DNA of 59,809 nucleotides from an uncultured archaeon. GTDB taxonomy: Archaea; Nanohalarchaeota; Nanosalinia; Nanosalinales; Nanosalinaceae. Positions 18,797-25,905 of the stretch are shown piece by piece. The notes under the pieces were generated by a model. That model searched no databases, was not told the DNA's origin, and worked only from the letters and a program-made list of their open reading frames with translations. Location of the stretch: contig CAZVPZ010000001.1 of NCBI GenBank assembly GCA_964629245.1, positions 1 through 59,809 on the forward strand. The letters run 5' to 3'. Numbering within the stretch: position 1 is the stretch's first letter; the number at the start of each line of letters is the position of its first letter. Made by a program: the position numbers and the translations under genes.

Positions 18797-19660
18797 TTAC
18801 TCCACCCTCGTATTGCCTATGTTTTCGAGTCTTTCCTCCAGTGGCGGGTGTGTCGAGAAGTATTTCGTGAGTTTCTCTCCGGAGAACGGGTTCTCGATGA
18901 ACAGGCTCGCACCGGCTTCCTGGATTCTCGAGGCATGGTAGCCGGACCTCTCGTTTGTCCGGTGTATCTTCTCCAGCGCGGAGCCGAGGTGTTCTCCCTG
19001 GCCGTGTATCCGGACCGCATCCGAATCCGCCCGGAACTCCATCTTCCTCGATATCGCGAGACGGATAATCGTGGCTATTACCGGTGTCACTATCATGAAG
19101 GCAAGAGCACCGACAGCATCCCCCATATCCTCGTCGCCACCGAACATGGCTCCCCAGAACGCCAGTTCTGCCATCACAGCGACCGCTCCCGCCATCGTCG
19201 CTACCACGGCGTTTATCAGGGTGTCCCGGTTCTTGATATGGGCTATCTCGTGTGCGAGGACTCCTGCCACCTCTTCTCGATCTAGATTGTCCATAAACCC
19301 GTCTGTGACGCATACCACTCCTTTCTCCGGTGATCTCCCGGTGGCGAAGGCGTTGGGCGCCTCCATAGAGTTCCTGTATATCTTCGGCTTTGGGATGCCG
19401 GCGTTTCCCGCAAGTTCTTCAACGGTGCGGTGCAGGCCGGGGTTTTCCTCCTCAGTCACTTCTTCTGCACCGTACACCCTCAGTACTATCCTGTCGGAGA
19501 ACCAGTAGCTCAGGAAGTTCATCGCTCCTGCGAGTACAAGTGCGACCGCCATGCCGCCGGTTCCGCCGATGAGGTATCCTGCGCCCAGGAATATGCCTGT
19601 CAGGAGGGTCAGCAGGCCGAATACCTTGGCGTTCGTCTTGAGTCCGCGTGCGGTTACCAT
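18797..19660 (-). CDS. htpX: M48 zinc metalloprotease HtpX
   Basis: HEIAHIKNRD, 4 TM and a C-terminal THPP..RI. Confidence 0.9.
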   Translation of the reverse strand: MVTARGLKTNAKVFGLLTLLTGIFLGAGYLIGGTGGMAVALVLAGAMNFLSYWFSDRIVLRVYGAEEVTEEENPGLHRTVEELAGNAGIPKPKIYRNSMEAPNAFATGRSPEKGVVCVTDGFMDNLDREEVAGVLAHEIAHIKNRDTLINAVVATMAGAVAVMAELAFWGAMFGGDEDMGDAVGALAFMIVTPVIATIIRLAISRKMEFRADSDAVRIHGQGEHLGSALEKIHRTNERSGYHASRIQEAGASLFIENPFSGEKLTKYFSTHPPLEERLENIGNTRVE

Positions 19661-19712
19661 CCCGGTCTTTAACTGGCTGTTAACCTTAATAACATCTGGG
19701 AAAAAATCAAAC

Positions 19713-19760
19713 TGTAATACAAATTCGCGTTATATTCATATATATGGTTCTATGTAATAC
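19713..19760. promoter_or_regulatory. Second copy of the TGTAATACAAA / ATATATGG / ATGTAATAC motif
   Basis: Same blocks and spacing (27 and 12 nt) as at 4096-4144. It lies between the stop of the 19763-20953 gene and the htpX start. Confidence 0.45.
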
Positions 19761-19762
19761 GG

Positions 19763-20953
19763 CTATCCGGTTTTCTCCAGGAGTTCGTCTATGTCGCGGT
19801 GGAACCTCCAGTTCTTGCCCGGTGCTTCTTCCACCGGTATCCATACGGGTTCTCCCTCCCAGCTACCTTCGGGTTCTATCTCGGGGTTAAGTATCTCGGC
19901 GCTGAAGATGATTTCCGGCCCGCCGACAGGATTGATGTCTTCCTTGAGCGGCGCCTCTATCTCGATTCCATAGCCCGTCTCCTCCCTGACCTCCCTTACG
20001 GCGGTCTCCTCAAACCGCTCTCCCCGTTTCAGCGTTCCTCCTGGCAGGAGGTGGAAGTCTCCGTTGTGGAGAGCGAGAAGCTCTCCGTCCCTGACGATCA
20101 CCACCGCGGCAGTCGGTGGAGCCCAGAAAACCTTCCCGAACAGCTTTGCGAAGAGTGACTGGCCGTGCCACTGGAGCCAAGAAAAAGGGTGCATGGTGCG
20201 CTTTCCGGGTTCCGGAGACCTGAGAAGGGAGGTGGGCCGGGCCTGCAGTCCCTTCTCTAGGTACAGGAGGACAGACGAGATGAGGTAGCCGATTATAAAG
20301 AGGTAGGTAAGGTGCGAGAGGATAAGTTTGCTGTCGACCGGTTTAGCCGCCTCTAGGCTTTCTGCGAATTCAGGGTCCAGGTACCGGGGTGTACCGAAAG
20401 TGGTTCTTTTAACCCTGTTCAGATAGCTCTCCGAGACGGTGAGGTTGTTTTCTGACGCGAATTCAGAAAGCAGCTGGTTCCGGTCGGGATGTAGCAGTTC
20501 CTCGGCTTCCTGTTTTTCGATGTAGAGACTGCATCCCGCCCCTGGAAAGGCGTCGCTGTTGCTCTCAAGCCCCATGTAGCAGGGGGCAGGGTACCGTGGA
20601 TCGACCGGTTTCAGGCTTACAGCTACAAGGCTGGCGAATATTATCTCGGGCTGGCCTTTCAGGATGACGGTATCTTGGTTGTCTCTGGGCACATCGTTCA
20701 GAATCCTTTGCATCTTATCAAACTTGCCCGTCTGGTTGGTCTCGTAGAACCTCTGGACGAGCAGGTCCTGTGCCACCACGTACTTCCTGATTTCTGCACC
20801 CCTTTCGAGATTTTTTTCGGCTAGGGGGGCGTGTGCCTGGAAGATCAGGATACTTGAAAGCGATACCAGTACCAGTATGAAGGGCAGCGGGAGCTTCCAG
20901 TGCGAGTAGGAGAGGAACTTCACCAGCTCTTTCTTCAGGATCTCGGGGTCCAT
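19763..20953 (-). CDS. Membrane protein with an extracytoplasmic loop domain fused to a C-terminal NUDIX hydrolase
   Basis: Two TM helices flank a loop of about 190 aa. The C-terminus carries a Nudix box (GGTLKRGERFEETAVREVREETG). Confidence 0.75.
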   Translation of the reverse strand: MDPEILKKELVKFLSYSHWKLPLPFILVLVSLSSILIFQAHAPLAEKNLERGAEIRKYVVAQDLLVQRFYETNQTGKFDKMQRILNDVPRDNQDTVILKGQPEIIFASLVAVSLKPVDPRYPAPCYMGLESNSDAFPGAGCSLYIEKQEAEELLHPDRNQLLSEFASENNLTVSESYLNRVKRTTFGTPRYLDPEFAESLEAAKPVDSKLILSHLTYLFIIGYLISSVLLYLEKGLQARPTSLLRSPEPGKRTMHPFSWLQWHGQSLFAKLFGKVFWAPPTAAVVIVRDGELLALHNGDFHLLPGGTLKRGERFEETAVREVREETGYGIEIEAPLKEDINPVGGPEIIFSAEILNPEIEPEGSWEGEPVWIPVEEAPGKNWRFHRDIDELLEKTG

Positions 20954-21000
20954 GGAGACTTTTTCCCCGCGTCCTGATTTAAAATGGAAGGAGAAAAATA

Positions 21001-21116
21001 GTCTGGCAGCGTCCGCACGCTCCCGCCGGAAGGCAGTACTAATGCGATCGCTGAGGGACTTTACTTCCGTGTTCGGAATGGGTACGGGTGTTGCCCCCTC
21101 GCTGTGGCCGCCAGTA
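21001..21116 (-). rRNA. 5S rRNA (ends within about 5 nt)
   Basis: The minus strand reads CUGGCGGCCACAGCGAGGGGGCAACACCCGUACCCAUUCCGAACACGGAAGUAAAGUCCC...GCUGCCAG. The universally conserved CCGAACACGGAAG block is present. Helix I closes as CUGGCGGC/GCUGCCAG. Confidence 0.9.
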
Positions 21117-21138
21117 TTTCTGGAAATCCGGGTGAATT

Positions 21139-21146
21139 CTTTTAAA
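21139..21146 (-). promoter_or_regulatory. TATA box (TTTAAAAG) for 5S rRNA
   Basis: It lies 24 nt upstream of the inferred 5S 5' end on the minus strand. Confidence 0.6.
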
Positions 21147-21194
21147 TCCTTCAGATGGGCTGGAGTTAAATACCGGTCCTCTCAATTAAACCGT

Positions 21195-21437
21195 ATGAAA
21201 ATGCTTTCTTTCGTCCTCAAGATGGAGAAATCCCGGCTTCTGGATATCGCGACCGTCGCAGTTCTCCTGATGGATGTCCTGATAATCTACGGGAGCCTGG
21301 GCTGGAAACAGCGCTACGTTTTCGGGTTCAGCCTCGATCCCGGCATACTCGCGGTCCAGCTCACTGTATTGATGATAGCCGTTTACGGCCTTGAAACAGT
21401 CTACGACTCGATGAAGAGTGGCAGCGGTTACCGCTAG
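21195..21437 (+). CDS. Possible small 2-TM membrane protein
   Basis: This is the C-terminal part of track ORF 20952-21437; the 5' part of that ORF overlaps the 5S rRNA antisense. The call rests on hydrophobicity only. Confidence 0.3.
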   Translation: MKMLSFVLKMEKSRLLDIATVAVLLMDVLIIYGSLGWKQRYVFGFSLDPGILAVQLTVLMIAVYGLETVYDSMKSGSGYR

Positions 21438-21877
21438 TCCCAGTCCCGGGAAAGGATTTCTTTTAGCTCTTTTGCCCGTCCCTTCGGTATCCGGGAGGAG
21501 ACGAGTTCGTCCTTGTAGAAGCCGCAACCTATTACGCGGTGCTGGAACCTGAGAGCGACGTATCCCTTTGTCAGCCCAGTTACTTCTATCATGTCACCGT
21601 TCAGGAGGTCTTCCAGTTCGCGGCGGTCGAGGTCCACGACGTTTTTCTCCAGCCTGTCGCCCACCAGCTGCAGACCGTAGGTGGTTGGCTTGAGCCCGAT
21701 CTTCATCTGTCTTATGAACCGGATGCCGTAGGTCTCCGCCTCCAGTTCTGTCTCCATCTCCGGTGACGTTATCCAGATGTCGCCGTTTACCTCTCTCAGG
21801 GTGAAGGCTGTCTCCTCTCTCCCGATGTCGAACCGCTCCTCCAGGTATTCCCAGGCCTCATCCACGGAACCTGGCAA
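21434..21877 (-). CDS. PUA-like RNA-binding domain protein (RsmF C-terminal-domain-like)
   Basis: GYVALRFQHRVIGCGFYKDELVSSRIPKGRAKEL resembles the C-terminal domain normally fused to NSUN/RsmF methyltransferases. Confidence 0.6.
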   Translation of the reverse strand: MPGSVDEAWEYLEERFDIGREETAFTLREVNGDIWITSPEMETELEAETYGIRFIRQMKIGLKPTTYGLQLVGDRLEKNVVDLDRRELEDLLNGDMIEVTGLTKGYVALRFQHRVIGCGFYKDELVSSRIPKGRAKELKEILSRDWD

Positions 21878-22730
21878 TGTATATCACCCCGGATTTCAGA
21901 TGGGGAGGGTAAACCCTGACGGTTTTTTCCATCTCGTCGCTGTAGCTCCTGTCCTGAAAATTTTTGACGCCTTTTTCGTGGTCAACAGGCGGCCTGAGTT
22001 CTTCAAGCTCCAGCTTGGTCTCCGCCTGGGCGTGTTCCACTACCTCCTCGTTCTCCTCTGGTGCCAGGGTGCAGGTCGAGTAGACGATGACTCCGCCGGG
22101 CTTAAGGAGCTTGGAGGCTTTCTCAACGAGCTGTTTCTGTAGCTCCGCCAGGCCCTCTATTTCGTCAATGTCGGCGGCCTCGAAGTTCCTGCGTGTCCTG
22201 TCTCCCTCGCCGCTGCAGGGAGCGTCAACAAGGATGCGATCGTACTTCTCCTCGGGTAGCTGTCGACCGTCATAGTTAGTGGCCGCGATGCATGCCGCGC
22301 CAGTCCTGTAGATATTTGAGTGAAGGCTCTTCATCCTCTTCGAGGAAGAATCGTTTGCCACCAATGTGCCCTGATTGTCTATCCGGGAAGCTATCTGTGT
22401 TGCCTTGCCTCCCGGTGCGGCGCACATGTCGAGTATCTTCTCGTTCCTGCGGGGGTTCAGGGCTTCGACCGGTAACGCGGCTGATTCCTCCTGTACGTAG
22501 TATTCTCCGCGCCAGTGCATGGTCGTCTTCCCCGGCAGTTCTTCACCGTGCAATCGATAGATATCCGGGTTCCAGTCGGACCGTTCAACTATGTTGAAAC
22601 GGTCGTCCAGCCTCGGCTCGAAGTTCACGGCAGACTTGATCCTGTTCTTCCTTATCGTGGTCCTGGGATCGCTTTCACACGCTTCCTGGAATGCTTCCCA
22701 GTCCTCGATTATCTCCCTGTAGCGTTCCAT
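21858..22730 (-). CDS. NOL1/NOP2/Sun-family RNA cytosine-C5 methyltransferase
   Basis: DMCAAPGGKATQIA (SAM binding), VDAPCSGEG and YSTCTL catalytic Cys motifs. Confidence 0.9.
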   Translation of the reverse strand: MERYREIIEDWEAFQEACESDPRTTIRKNRIKSAVNFEPRLDDRFNIVERSDWNPDIYRLHGEELPGKTTMHWRGEYYVQEESAALPVEALNPRRNEKILDMCAAPGGKATQIASRIDNQGTLVANDSSSKRMKSLHSNIYRTGAACIAATNYDGRQLPEEKYDRILVDAPCSGEGDRTRRNFEAADIDEIEGLAELQKQLVEKASKLLKPGGVIVYSTCTLAPEENEEVVEHAQAETKLELEELRPPVDHEKGVKNFQDRSYSDEMEKTVRVYPPHLKSGVIYIARFRG

Positions 22731-22757
22731 GTGTGGTTTGAACCTGCTGACTCTTTT

Positions 22758-23324
22758 CTATATATCCTTCAGCGTCTTCTGCCCGCTCTCCTCCTTCCCG
22801 AATGCTTTACGCAGGTCTTTCTCTAGCTCTGGTCGCTTGGAGTTGTCGTAGAGAGTGGCGGCGGGATGGAACGTTGGCATTATCTTTCTCCCGTTTCTCG
22901 AAAATATCCTGCCGTGGATGGAGGTGATGCCTTTTCTGGTCCCGAGAAGCTGTCGGGATGCGAAGTTCCCGAGCGGGATGATTATCTCTGGGTCGACATC
23001 CTCTATCTCCATATCGAGCAGAGGTCGCCAGGCGTCTATCTCGTCTTTCCGGGGGTCGCGGTTCTCGGGTGGCCTGACCTTGACAAGGTTGGTTATATAG
23101 AGGTCGCTTCGCTCCACACCCATCTCTTCTAGTATCTCGTCCAGCTTTTCTCCCGCCCTGCCAACAAAGGGCTCTCCCTCCTCGACCTCGTTGGCTCCCG
23201 GCGCTTCCCCCACGAGCATGAAACGAGCATCCTTGGGGCCTGTTGGGGGTACGAAACGGTCTTCCAGGAAGTAACGGGTTTCCAGGTTATCGAAGAAGTC
23301 GCTGTACCGTTCCCTGAAGTCCAT
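22758..23324 (-). CDS. Uracil-DNA glycosylase, family 4-like, cysteine-free
   Basis: GEAPG..E...G.PFVGRAG motif A and HPAA motif B. The whole 188-aa sequence contains no Cys. Confidence 0.8.
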   Translation of the reverse strand: MDFRERYSDFFDNLETRYFLEDRFVPPTGPKDARFMLVGEAPGANEVEEGEPFVGRAGEKLDEILEEMGVERSDLYITNLVKVRPPENRDPRKDEIDAWRPLLDMEIEDVDPEIIIPLGNFASRQLLGTRKGITSIHGRIFSRNGRKIMPTFHPAATLYDNSKRPELEKDLRKAFGKEESGQKTLKDI

Positions 23325-23327
23325 GGC

Positions 23328-23558
23328 TCAGATTGCGCCCCTGATCTGGTTGGTGCCTTCCCTTTTGTTCCTCTTCGCCCAGAAAAGGAGGCCTACACCT
23401 AGTAATGCGGAGGGAACCGCCACTATCAGTCTTCCGGCAAACGTCACGTCCTGGACCTCGACTATCAGCGCCCCGATTGCAAAGATGATAAGGGCGATCC
23501 CCAGGAGGAGGCCGATAAGGTACTTTACACCGCTTGTTATCGAGACGAGCAGTTCCAC
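23328..23558 (-). CDS. Possible small 2-TM protein upstream of the UDG gene
   Basis: An in-frame GTG lies at 23558. The track ORF N-terminus (to 23705) runs through the tRNA-Tyr and its trailer, so it was trimmed. Confidence 0.3.
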   Translation of the reverse strand: MELLVSITSGVKYLIGLLLGIALIIFAIGALIVEVQDVTFAGRLIVAVPSALLGVGLLFWAKRNKREGTNQIRGAI

Positions 23559-23596
23559 GGGGAAGAATAGGGGGTGGAGTGATTTAAAACTAAATA

Positions 23597-23660
23597 TCCC
23601 GGCTCCAGGATTTGAACCCCGACGAAGATCGCAGATTTTCTGGAGGATATCAAATCGGGG
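23597..23660 (-). repeat. tRNA-Tyr trailer module ending in a second exact copy of the tRNA's last 22 nt
   Basis: 23597-23618 is identical to 23676-23697 (TCCCGGCTCCAGGATTTGAACC on the plus strand). It is preceded by a hairpin and a GATTTGA block homologous to the 25701-25769 module. Confidence 0.8.
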
Positions 23661-23675
23661 GGGAAGAAACGAATT

Positions 23676-23749
23676 TCCCGGCTCCAGGATTTGAACCTGG
23701 GACAAGTCGATCTACAGTCGACCGCTCTGCCAGACTGAGCTAAGCCGGG
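23676..23749 (-). tRNA. tRNA-Tyr(GUA)
   Basis: CCCGGCU-UA-GCUC..GAGC-G-GUCGA-CUGUAGA-UCGAC-UUGUC-CCAGG-UUCAAAU-CCUGG-AGCCGGG-A. The C1-G72 pair is typical of archaeal tRNA-Tyr. Confidence 0.92.
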
Positions 23750-23800
23750 AAAGACTTTCAGGCTTGACCGGTTAGCTCTTTGAGAAGCATCGGCTTCGTT

Positions 23801-23816
23801 CTGAGCTAGGCCGGGA
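23801..23816 (-). repeat. Copy of tRNA-Tyr positions -1 to +15 in the 5' leader
   Basis: CTGAGCTAGGCCGGGA versus CTGAGCTAAGCCGGGA (23735-23750), 15 of 16 identical. Confidence 0.75.
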
Positions 23817-23855
23817 GACCTGAAAACGACAGTATGAGACTGAGTGGTGAAGTTT

Positions 23856-25238
23856 TTAAGTGGATTCCTCAGGCTTGAATTCGGTGTTTATCTTTTCGCT
23901 GGTGGCTATCCTCTTGCCATCGACCTCGAGTTCGGCCCTTGGAAGGGTTATCCCCCCCTCGACCTCTACAATCGGTTTTATGCGGTACTCGAATACCCTC
24001 TGGTCGCCGGGCTCCAGTTCCTCTATTTCCCATGAAAGCCTTGTGCCGTTGTTTGTCTTCCTCACGACTGGTTTAGCCATCGAGAATTCTCTTTCCACGG
24101 ACGCTATATCAGGTATGAATTCCTTCACCTCGACATCTTTCAGGCTCCGGTTGGAGATGTTTTCAACCCCGAGGAAGACCTTCACACCGTTCTCATCTAC
24201 CTTGACACTCTTGGTGAAAAGGGCGGTTCTCTGTAGCGCCTTGAGGCCGGTCAGTCCAATGATGAGCATCACCAGGGCCACGCCAGGGATCCAGTAGTTG
24301 AAGGTATAGCTTATGATAGCGTCCTCTCCAGGCGAGGACTGGAATTTCCAGATGTACATCGTATCGCCACCGACCTGGATCTCTCTATCCGGTTTCTCCT
24401 CGAAAGCGACAATCGGCTTCAGGTAGGAGGGTATGGTCTCGTTCAGGGTTATGTTGGTCCTGACGTTACCCTGGTTTTCGGCCTTTATCTGTTTGGTATA
24501 GATGAATATCTTGTTCTTCACGCTCTCTGACCTCTGTATCCTTCTCTCCGAGCCGACCCGGATGGTCCTCGAGAAAGACTCTACCGTCTCATTGTTCTGG
24601 AAGACCTCAACTACCAGTTCTTTTTCCTCCGGGCCAGCATCCTCCGGTATCTTGAGCTGGAACTGGAATCTCACCTTGTCTCCCGAGTCCAGCGACATCC
24701 TGAGTTTCCTCCCATCTCGGACTGATTTCTCCTCCATAAGGCTTGCCGCCACCCTGTAATCCCGGAGTGAACGGGCCGCGGTGTTGTAGATAGAGGTGGT
24801 CGCCTCCACGGTTTCGCCGGGCATGTAATCCGTCCGGTTGAGGGATACCGATCTGATATTTAGGTCGAACTCTCTGTCTATCGAGAAGTAATCGTGGAGT
24901 TTCCTTGATTTCTCTGTTCCCGAGGCGCGGACGAAGACATCGAAACCGTAGTTCTGCTGTATCGCGTCTCTTGGAGGGGTTACTGTTATGCTGAAGTTTT
25001 CTTTCTCGCCCTGCTCAATCGTCTTTGCACCTTCAGAGTAGAACCAGGAGGACTGCCGGCTGGATATAGATACACTGAAGGCGTGGTCCTGTGTCAGGTT
25101 GTTCTTGACCTGGACACGGAACTCACCGGCATCGTTGGAGTTGGCTGACCTGTCCACCGCGTAGATGGATGCAGTGAAGCCCGACGCCTGTCCCACTATG
25201 AGGATGAAAAACACGGCCAGCAGGATATGTCTCTTCAT
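23856..25238 (-). CDS. Large exported/membrane protein with CARDB/DUF11-like beta-sandwich repeats
   Basis: Signal peptide and repeated V.V.N.G-type strands, with one TM near residue 320. The C-terminal domain is VENISNRSLKDVEVKEFIP... Confidence 0.7.
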   Translation of the reverse strand: MKRHILLAVFFILIVGQASGFTASIYAVDRSANSNDAGEFRVQVKNNLTQDHAFSVSISSRQSSWFYSEGAKTIEQGEKENFSITVTPPRDAIQQNYGFDVFVRASGTEKSRKLHDYFSIDREFDLNIRSVSLNRTDYMPGETVEATTSIYNTAARSLRDYRVAASLMEEKSVRDGRKLRMSLDSGDKVRFQFQLKIPEDAGPEEKELVVEVFQNNETVESFSRTIRVGSERRIQRSESVKNKIFIYTKQIKAENQGNVRTNITLNETIPSYLKPIVAFEEKPDREIQVGGDTMYIWKFQSSPGEDAIISYTFNYWIPGVALVMLIIGLTGLKALQRTALFTKSVKVDENGVKVFLGVENISNRSLKDVEVKEFIPDIASVEREFSMAKPVVRKTNNGTRLSWEIEELEPGDQRVFEYRIKPIVEVEGGITLPRAELEVDGKRIATSEKINTEFKPEEST

Positions 25239-25273
25239 GTTCTAAAATGGTCCTTCAGAATATTTAAAACCGG

Positions 25274-25675
25274 TCAGGAGTTTTTCTTCCCTGCTTTGAT
25301 CTCCAGCACGTATCCAAACGGGTCTTCAATGTAGAATGCGGGTGAGCGACCTTCCGAACCGAGTGGCGTCCCTTCTCTCATGATTTCGATATCGTTACGG
25401 TCGAGCAGCTGTTTTATCTTTTCGATATCTGCCTCAACCAGTACACAGAAGTGGTCGAGGTTTTTCCCGGAAGGCCTCTCGAAATCCGGCTTCGGCCGCA
25501 CGTTTATCACGGAGCTTGGTCCCAGCCGGAAGAAGAAAGATGTCCGGTCACCGTTCCTGTAATCTTCCAGCATCTCTGGCTGGAAGCCAAGGACACCGTG
25601 ATAGAATTCGACTGCCTCTTCTATCCCTTCTTCAGGGATTCTGATGTTGATGTGGTCTATCCGCCGTGCCTCCAT
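25274..25675 (-). CDS. VOC / glyoxalase-bleomycin resistance family protein
   Basis: IDHINIRIPEEGIEEAVEFYHGVLGF, 133 aa. Confidence 0.85.
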   Translation of the reverse strand: MEARRIDHINIRIPEEGIEEAVEFYHGVLGFQPEMLEDYRNGDRTSFFFRLGPSSVINVRPKPDFERPSGKNLDHFCVLVEADIEKIKQLLDRNDIEIMREGTPLGSEGRSPAFYIEDPFGYVLEIKAGKKNS

Positions 25676-25700
25676 GGGAAAGATATCTTTTCGAAGAATA

Positions 25701-25769
25701 AAATCCTATGGCAGGGCCGGGATTTGAACCCCGCGAAAATCATAGATTTTCTGAGGTTATCAAATCCTA
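25701..25769 (-). repeat. tRNA-Pro(CGG) trailer module ending in a second copy of the tRNA 3' end plus trailer (31 nt)
   Basis: 25701-25731 is identical to 25762-25792 (AAATCCTATGGCAGGGCCGGGATTTGAACCC). The internal 48 nt match the tRNA-Tyr module at 43 of 50 aligned positions (hand alignment). Confidence 0.8.
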
Positions 25770-25842
25770 TGGCAGGGCCGGGATTTGAACCCGGGTCCAC
25801 ACGTCCCGAACGTGCGATGATAGTCCCCTACACTACCCCGCC
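25770..25842 (-). tRNA. tRNA-Pro(CGG)
   Basis: GGCGGGG..GCACG-UUCGGGA-CGUGU..CCGGG-UUCAAAU-CCCGG-CCCUGCC-A. Confidence 0.9.
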
Positions 25843-25895
25843 AAAATCGTTCTACGATTTTGTTCGGGCCGAGAAAAACCTCTGGAGGTTTTCGG

Positions 25896-25905
25896 CCCCG
25901 CCAAA
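25896..25905 (-). repeat. Copy of tRNA-Pro(CGG) 5' end plus 3 leader nt (UUUGGCGGGG)
   Basis: CCCCGCCAAA also occurs at 25836-25845. The copy is followed on the minus strand by a long hairpin GGGCCGAAAACCUC-CA-GAGGUUUUUCUCGGCCC. Confidence 0.6.

Noticed and set aside
20952-21194. N-terminal half of track ORF 20952-21437
   Set aside because: It overlaps the 5S rRNA antisense. Only the distal hydrophobic 80 aa were kept, as a low-confidence CDS.
23597-23816. Idea that the outer 5' and 3' tRNA-end copies at the Tyr and Pro(CGG) loci form a second, intron-containing tRNA gene with the inner tRNA inside its intron
   Set aside because: After removing the inner tRNA, the remaining sequence has no D arm or anticodon arm. 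The trailer hairpins can be drawn as 5-bp stems with 7-nt loops (UCUGCGA and UCUAUGA), but they lack U33. The Tyr one also has a stem mismatch, and the copied T stems carry a G-G mismatch.
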